DNA from: a virus
Lineage: Duplodnaviria; Caudoviricetes
DNA length: 64,000 nucleotides
Virus record (IMG/VR): IMGVR_UViG_3300011560_000001
Coordinates: 128,001 to 192,000 of that record
Strand: one strand, 5' to 3'
Shown here: piece after piece, positions 1 through 10,682 of the stretch
Layout: every line of letters starts with the position of its first letter
Numbering within the stretch: position 1 is the first letter of the stretch
Made by a program: the position numbers and the translations under genes
Notes under the pieces: model-generated
What the model was told of the DNA's origin: nothing
The model's input: the letters and a program-made list of their open reading frames with translations, nothing else
Database searches by the model: none

Positions 1-1
1 T

Positions 2-1597
2 TACGTTCCCAACGTGGATGATAAAGTTGAAGACTGGGATACGAATGCGGTATACCGTGTTATCGCTGTAGATGATCGTACGAAGCTAAGTACTCTTAAA
101 CTTATCGGTCAGCTATCTGCTCCGTTCGACGGTCAGGGCGATGGGGCGACAACCTTTGAAGGTATCGACCCGACGTGGTCGTATGACACATGGCGTGTAT
201 TGATTAATACGAACACGATCCCAGCTACGATGAATATCGATCGTCGTTTCCATCTACATGGTTCGGATATTCGACGTATCGCGGTGTTCCGTGGTTCTGA
301 TATTAGCGCCAAAGGCGAAATCATCAGTGCGATGTATGACAACAGCGGAAATAAGATCAGTGACTTCATTCCGTGTCAGCTTATCGCTTACAAAGACGGA
401 ACGAATAAAGCCATCTGGGCACCCCGCGAAGGTTACTGCATTAAGCCCGTCGAAGATTTTGAGCAGGTGATGGTAGTAGGTTATGGTGACGGTCCGCAAC
501 CGTTATCCATGAAGCGCATGATCGTTCGTATCACTGACTACGTACGCACTCCAGACCAGGGTATTAAATATATTCTGGAAGACGGGGTACGACTGAAGTC
601 AACATGGCTGAGCAGCAGCGATACCAAACTGCTTGAGTTACCGATCAACGTCAACCTGGACTCCGTTGACCTTCAGGCTGAAGTCACCTACAGTGATGGT
701 TCCATTAAACATTGGCCGGTTACCGGTAACAAGGTTGTGTTGGATGGCCTTAACGTCTTCACGTCCCAGGTCATCAACAGCAAACATCCGCTAGCGTTAC
801 ACTACTACCTGGACGACGATGAGGACACATCCTACGCGTTACCTGGCGCAGTGAAACATATCAGTGTCCCTTATACCGTTGTTTCTAAAGAAGCGAAAGG
901 GGCATACAGTGTTAAACTGTTCTGCTATCCGCAATGGGTATCTGATGCGGTGGGATACGAGTTGGTATTCTGGTTGTATAACGTTGACCGTGAACGATAC
1001 TACAACGTAACCGATAAAGTACAATTGGCGCTGAACAGCCCTGAGTTTAATCCGAAGAAATACGGACAACCTCAGGAATTTGCGTACAACATCTGGTTAG
1101 ATGAAGTCGATCCTACCGTTTACAAGCGCGTACGTCATACGCAGACTATTCGAATGACGTTACTGCAAGCAGGTTCGGCAACATCCGGTGATTACTGGAC
1201 AGTAACGTTCAGCTCGCAAACAACACCGACGACAACGGACGTGTATGGTCGTAATACGAAAGCGCTGTTTACTTACGATGTTGCTGGTAACGCGTATGTT
1301 GACTTGACGAACAAACACTCAGATCTGGGTGAATGGTTGAACCAGCTTTACTACGCGACACATCCACTCTATCTTGAGAAGACGGAATCGAAAGCGCCAG
1401 AACCAACCCATTTTGAAATCATGGTTGGTCCTAACGTACAGAAACGTTTCGAAATCTCACAATGGAATAAGAACAATAACGTCCCAGGTGGTACGGGACA
1501 GGATAACGCTAACCTGTATATCCGCTGGATTAAAGTACAGAATGGCGTTGACCTACATCTTGGTATCACCGCAGTCGTTATTAGTAAAGTCGCATAA
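2..1597 (+). CDS. Virion structural protein (phiKZ gp26-like), 5'-truncated by window edge
   Basis: The frame is open from position 2. The beta-rich 527+ aa ORF lies immediately upstream of the terminase, as in phiKZ-like phages. Function is assigned from synteny. Confidence 0.6.
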   Translation, partial: YVPNVDDKVEDWDTNAVYRVIAVDDRTKLSTLKLIGQLSAPFDGQGDGATTFEGIDPTWSYDTWRVLINTNTIPATMNIDRRFHLHGSDIRRIAVFRGSDISAKGEIISAMYDNSGNKISDFIPCQLIAYKDGTNKAIWAPREGYCIKPVEDFEQVMVVGYGDGPQPLSMKRMIVRITDYVRTPDQGIKYILEDGVRLKSTWLSSSDTKLLELPINVNLDSVDLQAEVTYSDGSIKHWPVTGNKVVLDGLNVFTSQVINSKHPLALHYYLDDDEDTSYALPGAVKHISVPYTVVSKEAKGAYSVKLFCYPQWVSDAVGYELVFWLYNVDRERYYNVTDKVQLALNSPEFNPKKYGQPQEFAYNIWLDEVDPTVYKRVRHTQTIRMTLLQAGSATSGDYWTVTFSSQTTPTTTDVYGRNTKALFTYDVAGNAYVDLTNKHSDLGEWLNQLYYATHPLYLEKTESKAPEPTHFEIMVGPNVQKRFEISQWNKNNNVPGGTGQDNANLYIRWIKVQNGVDLHLGITAVVISKVA

Positions 1598-1607
1598 GGT
1601 AATACAA

Positions 1608-1636
1608 CGATGGAGGGTGCTCGGCACCCTCCATCG
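1608..1636 (+). terminator. Perfect 13-bp hairpin between the structural gene and the terminase RBS
   Basis: CGATGGAGGGTGC-TCG-GCACCCTCCATCG, directly followed by GAGGAG and the terminase ATG. Confidence 0.55.
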
Positions 1637-1647
1637 GAGGAGTTTAT

Positions 1648-3879
1648 ATGTCGATTGTCGATCCGAAGAAAATCATCTTGTTTGAGGAAGATTGGGATTA
1701 TTTTCCTCAAGCTGTTCCACACTGGGAAACAACAAACACAAGTTGGCGTGATTTAGCGATCTTGTATCGTCGTGAATTCGGTGTCCGAAACTCTGCGTTT
1801 TTCATGGCGTTATTAAACCCAAGATTGATTGGTGTCGATCCCCACGCACCGAATTTGACGTCAGAACAGATTCAGATGATCGGTGCGGAATGCTATCTTA
1901 ATCCATGGTACTTCTTCCGTGAAGTAATGCGTGTTCCGGCTAAAGCGGGTGATAACAAAATTTCATTCCGTGCTAACCGTGGTAACATTCCGATGCTCTG
2001 GGGGATATTTACCCGAACGAACTGGTATCAGATACAGATACGTCAGACGGGTAAATCCATGACCATGTTAGGGTTGTTCTGTTATCTAACCTATGTTCGT
2101 AGTCGAAACACCGAGGTTATTCAGTTAACAAAAGACGGTGATGCCCGTACGAAAACGGTAGAAGACGTGCGTAGTATACGCGATCTGTTGCCTGCATATC
2201 TCTGGACGCTGGATAGCCGTGATTCATCGAACAAAGAGAACGTAACCTACACGCGTTTCAAGAACAAGTTATCGGTAAAGATTCCACGTTCGGATAAGAA
2301 ACAAGCAACAAACATCGGTCGTGGTCTAACAACCCCGATATTCCATAGCGACGAAACCGCGTTTACGAAATACATCGAAATTATTGTTCCTGCTGGTATC
2401 GGTGCGATGGGTGCGGCACGCGATGAAGCATTAAGCAACGGCGACCTGACAAGTATCATCTATACAACAACAGCAGGTGAATTGGATAAACGCGAGGGTA
2501 AATGGGCTTATGAAGTTTTCATGCGTTCCGCACCGTTTTCTGAAAGTTTCTTTGACTGTCGTAACGAAAAGCATCTGCATCAGACGGTATTGAACAACGT
2601 ACCATGCGAGCTCAGCAAAGCGACCGTCAGGATCGGGGCACAATGGAACCATGCTCAATTGGGATTCAGTGACGAATGGTTAGCAAAAACCATGAACGAA
2701 ACGGAAGGTGATAAGCTTCAGAAAGACCGTGACTACATGAACATTTGGACCAACGGTTCAGCAGAAAGCCCGTTAACCGCTGAGATGGTTGAGATGATCA
2801 TGGCAGGACAACGTGAAATCGACCATATCGAGATCTCACCTGAAGGCTACTGCATTAACTGGTATATACCTCGAGGTCAAATCGAGACATACATGCAGAA
2901 CAATAAGGTGGTTGCTGGTTTAGATACCAGTGACGCGATAGGTCGTGATGCCATCGGTTTGGTGATGGTGGATGTGGAAACAGCAGAAGTTGTTGCGACA
3001 GGACGTTTTAATAAACTGAGTCTGCTTTCTTTTGCTCGTTGGATGGCCAACTTCATGATGCGTTATAAGAACGTTACGTTGATTCCTGAACGTAAAAGCA
3101 GCGCAATCATGTTGTTAGACGCAATTGAAGAGTTCCTGAGACAAGCAGGTATCGACGTGTTCAAACGCGTGTACAACACCATTGTGGACCGACACGCCGA
3201 TAATCCAGCGATGTTTGAAGACCTGAAGTTACCATTGAGCATGCGTGATGAAAGTTGGTACGCTCAGCGTAAACGGCATTTGGGCTTCACGACGGATGCA
3301 CGCAAACGCATGGAGTTGTATTCCGACATCTTGATGGAAGGTATCGTAGAAACCCGCGGGCAGTTACGCGATAAGATGTTGTGTTCCGAGATTCTTGGGT
3401 TGGTTATCAAAGATGGGCGTGTCGACCACCAGGATGGAATGCACGATGACATGACGTTCGCATGGATGTTAGCGATGTGGTTTATCAAGCGCGCTAAGAA
3501 ACAGATTCACTACGGTATCGATCCGCTTAAAGTCATGAGTCGTTTACCGGCATCTGTGACGGGTGAAATAGATCCGTATGAAGCTTATCTTAACCAACAG
3601 CAGGCGAAGCTACGTCAACGCGTTGCTGAAATCTATGAGCTGCTTAAGACCGAAACCAACGGCCTTATCTTGGATCGGTTGGAGGCGGAGCTTCTTACCT
3701 ATAAAGGAAAAATACGCGGGGAGGATTCAGCGTCTGTCTCTATCGACGCAATGATTACGAAAGCAAGGGAGGAACGAGCGAATACGTATCGTCAAATAAG
3801 TCGCTCTTCGAACGAACGGAATATTTCTCGTAACGCGTGGATGACGATGGGCCAATACCGACCAGGGGGTTTTTTCTAA
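1648..3879 (+). CDS. terL: Terminase large subunit (phiKZ gp25-like)
   Basis: Walker A RQTGKS, Walker B FHSDE, coupling motif YTTT, RNase H-like nuclease motifs AGLDTSD and HDDM; 743 aa. Confidence 0.92.
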   Translation: MSIVDPKKIILFEEDWDYFPQAVPHWETTNTSWRDLAILYRREFGVRNSAFFMALLNPRLIGVDPHAPNLTSEQIQMIGAECYLNPWYFFREVMRVPAKAGDNKISFRANRGNIPMLWGIFTRTNWYQIQIRQTGKSMTMLGLFCYLTYVRSRNTEVIQLTKDGDARTKTVEDVRSIRDLLPAYLWTLDSRDSSNKENVTYTRFKNKLSVKIPRSDKKQATNIGRGLTTPIFHSDETAFTKYIEIIVPAGIGAMGAARDEALSNGDLTSIIYTTTAGELDKREGKWAYEVFMRSAPFSESFFDCRNEKHLHQTVLNNVPCELSKATVRIGAQWNHAQLGFSDEWLAKTMNETEGDKLQKDRDYMNIWTNGSAESPLTAEMVEMIMAGQREIDHIEISPEGYCINWYIPRGQIETYMQNNKVVAGLDTSDAIGRDAIGLVMVDVETAEVVATGRFNKLSLLSFARWMANFMMRYKNVTLIPERKSSAIMLLDAIEEFLRQAGIDVFKRVYNTIVDRHADNPAMFEDLKLPLSMRDESWYAQRKRHLGFTTDARKRMELYSDILMEGIVETRGQLRDKMLCSEILGLVIKDGRVDHQDGMHDDMTFAWMLAMWFIKRAKKQIHYGIDPLKVMSRLPASVTGEIDPYEAYLNQQQAKLRQRVAEIYELLKTETNGLILDRLEAELLTYKGKIRGEDSASVSIDAMITKAREERANTYRQISRSSNERNISRNAWMTMGQYRPGGFF

Positions 3880-3963
3880 GAGTAGTCCGCAGACTCCCCG
3901 TTAATACCGGCGGGGAGACTATACGTATTATAATACTAACGACGTATAACGTTGAGGTACGCC

Positions 3964-4272
3964 ATGGGCGATTCACTTGATCATGACACACTTGAGCAAT
4001 TACGTATTTTAATCAAACTTGTCGGGCAGCTGGAAACCGACGACAACTTAACAGATAACGCGCATTTTATTTTAAGCGATAAGAACATCCTTGTCGAACG
4101 TATTCAAAATAAATGCCAACGTCTTCTGTTGTATGTGGAAGATCCAGATTGTTTAAGCGCCAGAACAAAACATCTATTCGATGCGGGTATTCGTGTTTGC
4201 GCTCAATCGGAGGATCTTTTCTGTTGGCAAAGAGGCGTATTGTTTACAACTAAGGGTCGCATTGAATTTTAA
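3964..4272 (+). CDS. Hypothetical protein
   Basis: GAGG RBS before ATG 3964; 102 aa. Confidence 0.6.
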   Translation: MGDSLDHDTLEQLRILIKLVGQLETDDNLTDNAHFILSDKNILVERIQNKCQRLLLYVEDPDCLSARTKHLFDAGIRVCAQSEDLFCWQRGVLFTTKGRIEF

Positions 4273-4278
4273 AGCAAA

Positions 4279-4318
4279 CATAGTCCTCCTCTGGGTTCCA
4301 TTCCCAGAGGAGGCTATG
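4279..4318. terminator. Bidirectional hairpin between convergent genes, flanked by CATA/TATG
   Basis: CATAGTCCTCCTCTGGG-TTCCATT-CCCAGAGGAGGCTATG. Confidence 0.7.
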
Positions 4319-4465
4319 AGGCTTGAGCATTTTTGGTCTGTCGAGCACTGTGAGAGAACGACAGTTAACCAGGAGAGGACAAACGACTTACAGGGATGGT
4401 ACTCCTGGGTGAAGCCCTATGCTTCAAATAATAACCAACATCAGTAAAGTTTTACTGTTACGCTG

Positions 4466-5710
4466 TTAGCGAGACATCACACGTCGAACGTAATAGTTGC
4501 GGCTAAACACCCGAAGCAGGATATACAGAAAGACACCGGTGCGTGTCGCCGCAGCTTCAGCGTCGTTTCTCGCGTTGGTTGCTTTCTTAATGACTTCAGA
4601 GCCGAGTTTACGCAGCTCTAACAGTTTCGGGTTGCTGGTGCGGTTAGACGTATACACGTTACGCATGTAGAATAAGAACGTAAGATCGCGCATATCGACC
4701 TTGTTCAAGATGATATACTCGATAGCATGTTCCATTACAAGCCGCAACATCTGAGAGACCTGCTTTCCGTCTTTTGTTGGCCGCTCTACGTTAGCGCTGA
4801 TGTAGCTTAACGCTCGCTCAAGGGATAGGAGATTGGTAGTATGATGCACGTCGAGGATGACGACCATGAGTTCACGTTTAACGAAACTTGTTCGGTCATA
4901 AGCGATTTCGAACAGATATTGACGATAAGTGGTTTCGTTGCGTTTAATATCGCGGACAGCGAGACCATCGTCTAACTCTACAGTTTGAGAAGACGTGCCT
5001 ATCTTCTTACCTTCTTCGTACATCGCGTAGTACGTATCGGTGATACGGTTGATAACCTTACGGATTCCGGTATTCACATCACGCACAAAACGTTCGGCGA
5101 CGCTATCAGGTTCCAGGGTTGACCAGCGGCTGAAATGTGTACTATTACGCGCGATGATGGCGTTACAGCGTTCGTCGATGTATTCATTCCAGCTATTCAT
5201 GCGCTTGATGCCTGATTTGAGGGTTAACTCATCGTACGCTTTAATAGCGATAGCCGGATCAGCGTTATAAGGATAACGTCGTGCTACCAGACCGCAAATG
5301 AATTTATAATGGAGGACTTGCATTGCTGCAAGCATCCCGGCTTCACGAACCTTTTCTTTTTTGATTTGTTTGCTGTGGAAGATCGCATAAAGCAACCAGC
5401 AGCAACTTAGGTTAAATGCGTTTGAGGCAACACGGTTGGTCTGCGTATTGTAAAAGGGCAGTTTACTCAAGTCGCGTCGTAAGCTTTCTTCATCCATCAT
5501 CAAGACGTCTGAAAACCATGTATCGTTATGTCTTGTTGTGAATCGGATTTTCTGCACGCCTAACAGAACCCCACCGAAAAAACGCATGTGTTCTTGGTCT
5601 TGCGTGCGGAAGCGTGTCGCGTAACGGATAACCTGATTAACAAAATACTCGTCGATGTCAATGCCTTCCGCATGCGCATTAAACACCTGTAAAATAGAAG
5701 ACATGAGCAT
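4466..5710 (-). CDS. Conserved chimallivirus protein, probable virion component (phiKZ gp32-like)
   Basis: 414-aa ORF with a good RBS (GGGAG). The FFGGVLLGVQKIRF segment and the position next to the terminase block resemble phiKZ-like core genes (from memory). Confidence 0.55.
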   Translation of the reverse strand: MLMSSILQVFNAHAEGIDIDEYFVNQVIRYATRFRTQDQEHMRFFGGVLLGVQKIRFTTRHNDTWFSDVLMMDEESLRRDLSKLPFYNTQTNRVASNAFNLSCCWLLYAIFHSKQIKKEKVREAGMLAAMQVLHYKFICGLVARRYPYNADPAIAIKAYDELTLKSGIKRMNSWNEYIDERCNAIIARNSTHFSRWSTLEPDSVAERFVRDVNTGIRKVINRITDTYYAMYEEGKKIGTSSQTVELDDGLAVRDIKRNETTYRQYLFEIAYDRTSFVKRELMVVILDVHHTTNLLSLERALSYISANVERPTKDGKQVSQMLRLVMEHAIEYIILNKVDMRDLTFLFYMRNVYTSNRTSNPKLLELRKLGSEVIKKATNARNDAEAAATRTGVFLYILLRVFSRNYYVRRVMSR

Positions 5711-5769
5711 GCTCCCTCAGATGGTAAACGTAATAAAGACTGTCATATCATCGCGAAATGGAGATTAAA

Positions 5770-5790
5770 ATAAACCTACATTACCTTCCT
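5770..5790 (+). promoter_or_regulatory. Probable early (virion RNAP) promoter, variant TACATTAC
   Basis: TACATTACC at 5777 upstream of ORF 5816; one mismatch to the TATATTAC motif. Confidence 0.45.
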
Positions 5791-5815
5791 GATTACACTC
5801 GCGGAAGGCAATGCA

Positions 5816-6367
5816 ATGCCGTCCATACCACATAGGTCAGACATGAATATAGGATTAGAGTATATCGAATATGCATTAACGTTTAACCTTTTCGAATTGC
5901 ATCGACCCCTTCAATTGGGGTATTTGGTTAACGCCTCGGCAAACGAGGATAACTTCCAACTTCGGTTCACGCCGCCGGGATTACCCGACACGATCGTTAT
6001 CGAGGGCACACTAGACAAACTTCGTGTTTATCTACGTGACCCAGATGACCCTCAGCTTTTTTATCCGGGGTTCGCTTATCTGGTTAAAAACCACGTGTTT
6101 CTCTTTACGGATACCGATATTGACGAGTGGTTTACTGAACAGTTTGCTGAATTCGGTTGTGTTACGGATTGGCGACACAAGGGCATGACGCCCTGCTGGA
6201 TTCCCATTGAACGGTTTTGGGGACACCAACATCAACTCGGTTGTTATACGGTTGTTTTGGAAACCGCTGACTTCTTTGGGCATCGCGTATTACGCAACGC
6301 GAAATACGGTCGCGTCGTGGACCCATCAACGATAATTCATTCAGGTAAATTAAGGATTACAAGATGA
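5816..6367 (+). CDS. Hypothetical protein
   Basis: 183-aa ORF with RBS GGAAGG; coupled to the next gene by an ATGA overlap. Confidence 0.7.
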   Translation: MPSIPHRSDMNIGLEYIEYALTFNLFELHRPLQLGYLVNASANEDNFQLRFTPPGLPDTIVIEGTLDKLRVYLRDPDDPQLFYPGFAYLVKNHVFLFTDTDIDEWFTEQFAEFGCVTDWRHKGMTPCWIPIERFWGHQHQLGCYTVVLETADFFGHRVLRNAKYGRVVDPSTIIHSGKLRITR

Positions 6368-6963
6368 GCTTTGTTCCAACCTTTTCTAACGGCGTTGCGA
6401 GTGCTACGCTTGACGACAACAATGTTACCGTGGAAATCCATCGTGGGTATCTTTCGGTGTATGATAACTCAACCGGTTCGGATGCTTGTATATTCCGCTA
6501 CCGTCTCGATGAAGATCGTTTCCAGATGGGCGCAATCTTCCAGAAGTTTGGTTTGGATTTCGAGACCCGCGTCGTCAGTGCGTTACAACACAACCCGCTA
6601 TGGATGATGTCGGCTGGTTTTACGCGTTGGCTTCACTACGGTGGCGATCCTCAAGCGGGCGTCATTCACTTCTTTCTGGACAACGCCACCTACAACAACT
6701 GCATGGTTGTAGGTATTTCAATTAAACCGGAACAGTTACACCGACTGCTTTGTGTTGATGCGTACATCGATGAAGACACATTGCAAGACGATGCTGATCT
6801 CCTGCAGATGCTTATCAACGGGGATCCGCTAGACTTACGTCAACAAGCACCAACCGAACAAGTATGTTACACACCAACCTTTGCACCTAACCAAGTCCTG
6901 CATGGGCTTGGTGCGCTTTATGCGATGTTGATGGAGGTTTATGTCCCATGCTTCAAAAATTAA
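6364..6963 (+). CDS. Hypothetical protein
   Basis: 199-aa ORF with an ATGA overlap. Confidence 0.7.
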   Translation: MSFVPTFSNGVASATLDDNNVTVEIHRGYLSVYDNSTGSDACIFRYRLDEDRFQMGAIFQKFGLDFETRVVSALQHNPLWMMSAGFTRWLHYGGDPQAGVIHFFLDNATYNNCMVVGISIKPEQLHRLLCVDAYIDEDTLQDDADLLQMLINGDPLDLRQQAPTEQVCYTPTFAPNQVLHGLGALYAMLMEVYVPCFKN

Positions 6964-7301
6964 TGATTCCCAGCGTAAACGCGGTCATTGACGATGAGAC
7001 AAAAGCCGTTCACGAATTCGTTGTTTCAGGAAACCATTACTACACCGTAAGCTGGTATCCACCAGACAATCATGTCTTCCTCAAACCGCATATCGAAATC
7101 CGTCGAGGAGACCATGAAGGATTGCTCTTAGGGTATATCCGACTCGACGGAGATAATACCCCACCCCGTTTTGAAAATGTGAATTTACACGATCCGCAAC
7201 AATGGATAAAGATCATTGCTCAATCACGTTTATACAAGACGATGACAAAGAAGGAAGATGTATTCGAATCGTTAAAGGTTCATGCAGAAATAGGCTGTTA
7301 G
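6948..7301 (+). CDS. Hypothetical protein
   Basis: 117-aa ORF with GGAGG RBS. Confidence 0.7.
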   Translation: MLQKLMIPSVNAVIDDETKAVHEFVVSGNHYYTVSWYPPDNHVFLKPHIEIRRGDHEGLLLGYIRLDGDNTPPRFENVNLHDPQQWIKIIAQSRLYKTMTKKEDVFESLKVHAEIGC

Positions 7302-7304
7302 CAT

Positions 7305-7609
7305 AAAAGAGATAAACAGATACTACTACGCCGTCTCGAGTTGTCTCGAGACGGTAAGTTTATACTGTTTTGCTTATTCATTTGAGCAATACTGAATGCT
7401 TACTCTCTCCCTTAAAAAGGAGAGGGCCGGTAGGCCAGTATTACTTGGGAGAATGGGGAGGTGGGGAGCATTATATCTGTTTACTATCTTTAGATAGAAC
7501 ATAACCTAATAGAGATAAGAATACGTTATTAACAATACGTAAAACATAACCTCTTTTAGACTTAATATGTCAATTAAACAACATATCAAATATACTAAGG
7601 ATTTCTATC
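7305..7609. other. Structured non-coding element (nested inverted repeats, G-runs, then AT-rich tract)
   Basis: TAAACAGATA 7313-7322 pairs with TATCTGTTTA 7474-7483. Internal stems are CCGTCTCGAG/CTCGAGACGG, AATACTG/CAGTATT and CTCTCC/GGAGAG. The stretch 7484-7609 is AT-rich. Confidence 0.5.
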
Positions 7610-8647
7610 ATGGATCAATTACCAGGATTAGATAACATCACCTATTCAGCTTCTCTTGTTCTTAATCGTCACGTCATCGCTGCCACATCAGGTATTGTTC
7701 CACCTCTAGAGAAAACATTACCATCGTTATGCAATCTGTTATTACGGGTTCAGCACACCAGTGTTCCTGTGCATAAGCCTTTTGTTTATCCCGAACGTGA
7801 AGATAAATGGCTTAAGGTTGTTGAAGGACCACTACATTGGACAACAATGCCTGATGAAGCTGATCTCAGCGACACGGAAAAAGATGATGTTTTTGTTAGC
7901 GTACGCAATCTTGTTGCTTTTGTGATCGGTAGCCGTGAGAAAGAACACGATAATCGCGTTAATGAAATCGACACAAAACTCCGTAAGCTGCTTAACGATC
8001 CTGCACGTACTCCTTACGCTACCGAAGAAGTCGATGGTGTTCTGTTCGAGTATTATCAGATTCCTGTTGATGAGACTTTAGGATCAACGATGGTACCAAC
8101 CACACGTTTAGGTCAGGTTACCGATCTGATTCGTAGTGACTGGTTGTATCGTACCCATCCTTTTTTCTTTAAGAAAGGCGATCATCCGCTAATTACTGCA
8201 GCATTCATTGCCGGGTACAATAAAGAAACCGATAAAGGTGAAATTTATCTCGCGGTCTATCGTGGTCATACCCCTATCGGTACGGGCGGTAAGTTACAAT
8301 TTTGGGGTATCGATTTCACCATCTTGGATTGTGGGTTACTGTTACGCAAGAATCGTGCATTAACGCTCCTGGATTATAACTTCCAGGATCTTACCGTCTT
8401 GAACCCGCAGCAGGCTGTTCCTATCATGGAGTATCCTACCAAAACCGGCGTTAAGAATTTCATCGCTGCTGCAGAGGAAAGCCCGTTAGGGACATGGCAT
8501 GTTAGCCTGCAATACAACGGGACCGAATGGTATCGCGATAAACATGCTCCGGAAGTTGATCCTGCTTTAAAAGAGCGTTTATTACGTGAACTTGAACGAT
8601 TTGTAGCAATGGAGAAAATGAACAATGACGTTAACGACGAACAATGA
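7610..8647 (+). CDS. Hypothetical protein
   Basis: 345-aa ORF with AAGGA RBS. Confidence 0.75.
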   Translation: MDQLPGLDNITYSASLVLNRHVIAATSGIVPPLEKTLPSLCNLLLRVQHTSVPVHKPFVYPEREDKWLKVVEGPLHWTTMPDEADLSDTEKDDVFVSVRNLVAFVIGSREKEHDNRVNEIDTKLRKLLNDPARTPYATEEVDGVLFEYYQIPVDETLGSTMVPTTRLGQVTDLIRSDWLYRTHPFFFKKGDHPLITAAFIAGYNKETDKGEIYLAVYRGHTPIGTGGKLQFWGIDFTILDCGLLLRKNRALTLLDYNFQDLTVLNPQQAVPIMEYPTKTGVKNFIAAAEESPLGTWHVSLQYNGTEWYRDKHAPEVDPALKERLLRELERFVAMEKMNNDVNDEQ

Positions 8648-9449
8648 AGACATCAAAGATGCATTCGTGAGCGTTGAACTTGCGGATGTCTCTCTTATTG
8701 TCCGTGGCTATAAACCCGAACCTTATAAACAGGCGAGCGGTTTCAGACTTGCCCGGTCAGCGAGCCATTTAATGCCAGATGAGATGGCGTTAATTACCGG
8801 TAAGATACGTCTGGTTTTTGAACCGAACAATGATGGAAGAATACCCATTAGCACAACGTGCGTGGTCTTCATCGATGATTATCCGTTGGTGCCTGTCGAA
8901 TTGTCTACGGAACATCAATGGAACACCTTACCGATCACTCGTGGTTCATGCCAGAACTTTTCGTCTAAGACACCAATACTCCAAGAGATCTCTTCGTATA
9001 GTGATGGCGAACCGATACACACGTACGCACCGAAGTATTTCGACGACATCATTTTGTTCTTGTTGGATACGGATGATGTTGAAAAATACCTTCCTGAACG
9101 TACGACGTTCGTCAGCCCACGTAAACTGGAGATTGTTCGTGGTCGACCGCTGATGCTGGATCCAACCACCGAACGTCAACTCTTCACGTTGCGTAAGGAA
9201 ACCGATAACGACGGTCGAGAAGTGTGGGAGTTCCGTACGGATTATCTACTGTTAAGTTTTATATTTCCGCAGGATCCGCACGAACCCATTCAGGTTAAGC
9301 CTGGTAAATGGGGAGACGACGCATCGGATGAAGAACGTACATCGATCGCGATGCAGTTGAAGATGATCATTCTTAGCGCATTGCCTCGTTACGAGTGTTT
9401 ACGGGATCGTATTTTCAACTACGTCGATACATCAGAAAGCGATAGTTAA
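8625..9449 (+). CDS. Hypothetical protein
   Basis: 274-aa ORF overlapping the end of the previous gene. Confidence 0.72.
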   Translation: MTLTTNNEDIKDAFVSVELADVSLIVRGYKPEPYKQASGFRLARSASHLMPDEMALITGKIRLVFEPNNDGRIPISTTCVVFIDDYPLVPVELSTEHQWNTLPITRGSCQNFSSKTPILQEISSYSDGEPIHTYAPKYFDDIILFLLDTDDVEKYLPERTTFVSPRKLEIVRGRPLMLDPTTERQLFTLRKETDNDGREVWEFRTDYLLLSFIFPQDPHEPIQVKPGKWGDDASDEERTSIAMQLKMIILSALPRYECLRDRIFNYVDTSESDS

Positions 9450-9462
9450 TGAATAGGCTACC

Positions 9463-9837
9463 ATGGATAACATCAGCGTTATTCGTGAGTACCGCGCCGC
9501 CATTTATGTCGGTCCAATCGTCGATGTGTTAGATCTTGCTTTACGTTCGCCATTCCCTGAGCCCGATGCACGGCACCTGATGGTTGAATATGTTATTTTA
9601 CAGGCCATCTTTGATTGTGGCCTGTTTTACTCTGACCAGTTAGGTTTGGCGTATTACTTCAGGCCAGAGATAACGCAACTATTACAGGGATTGTCGAGGA
9701 AGGTGCAGACAGACGTTCGTAAATGTGTTGTAGGTCAATTAGAGCCGAATTTCTGGTATCGATATGAATTCGAATTAGAAAGCGCTACATTGGAATACAA
9801 CATGCTCCGGTTGGTGATGATCCGACAAGGAGTTTAA
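9463..9837 (+). CDS. Hypothetical protein
   Basis: 124-aa ORF in operon context. Confidence 0.68.
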   Translation: MDNISVIREYRAAIYVGPIVDVLDLALRSPFPEPDARHLMVEYVILQAIFDCGLFYSDQLGLAYYFRPEITQLLQGLSRKVQTDVRKCVVGQLEPNFWYRYEFELESATLEYNMLRLVMIRQGV

Positions 9838-9849
9838 GGAGGATCTTCC

Positions 9850-10149
9850 ATGACGACGAAGAAGAAAGTAATGCCGAAGGCTGCGCACGGTATCTACGAA
9901 TTGTGGTTATTGGATAAACACGGCTATAAGGTCTTAACTAAAGAAGAAGGACGGCATGTTAAAGCAGGACTCATGGTATTACAAGGTGAGTTGTTGCTGG
10001 ATAATGGTACGCTGTTTTTGAACGGAAGGAAAATTGCTGTAAAACAAGGACGTCGATATGAGATTTGTTATCCGTTGCGTCCAGGTGCGATGAAGAATGC
10101 GCTTTACGCAAGTATGCGTGCCGCGATGAAACGGGAAGGGTTGTTATGA
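9850..10149 (+). CDS. Small basic hypothetical protein
   Basis: 99 aa with a strong AAGGAGG RBS. Confidence 0.72.
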   Translation: MTTKKKVMPKAAHGIYELWLLDKHGYKVLTKEEGRHVKAGLMVLQGELLLDNGTLFLNGRKIAVKQGRRYEICYPLRPGAMKNALYASMRAAMKREGLL

Positions 10150-10682
10150 TGAACGAGAAACCGCAAGTAAAGCTATATAAATCAGGCTACACGACAATAG
10201 AATACATTGAAGGGATTCACAGAAAGAAAGATGCGGCGTATGTGCTGCATTATTCCAAACATCACGATACGCTATTTGCTTTTACCGTAGTAAATATGCA
10301 AAATGTGGGTAGCAGTGATATCGAACGTTGGTTACAAATCCACCCGACCGACGATCGTGTTCAATTTATCGTTACGCCGTATGCTGCGTTTTCTGGTAAC
10401 GCTTATCGTTTTATTGATAGCGAAGACGGTGAATTATTTTTACGTTTGTACATCACCGATATTGCGAAGACAGGATCGACACCGTCACTGATCGTTGATG
10501 AGACAAAGACGCAATACGGTATTCAGTTCGATTGTTTACCGGACGATCTCATTTTCAGTAATAAGCTATCAACCTCGGCCTGTATTATTGCTGCTGATTT
10601 TGCGAACGTGCTGAAAGTGTTCAAACGGCAAATACCTCCCTCGAAAACTCCGAGGGAGGAAGCTGTCGTTAATCAGAAGTAA
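10146..10682 (+). CDS. Hypothetical protein
   Basis: The likely start is ATG 10146 (ATGA overlap with the previous stop); 178 aa. Confidence 0.65.
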   Translation: MMNEKPQVKLYKSGYTTIEYIEGIHRKKDAAYVLHYSKHHDTLFAFTVVNMQNVGSSDIERWLQIHPTDDRVQFIVTPYAAFSGNAYRFIDSEDGELFLRLYITDIAKTGSTPSLIVDETKTQYGIQFDCLPDDLIFSNKLSTSACIIAADFANVLKVFKRQIPPSKTPREEAVVNQK

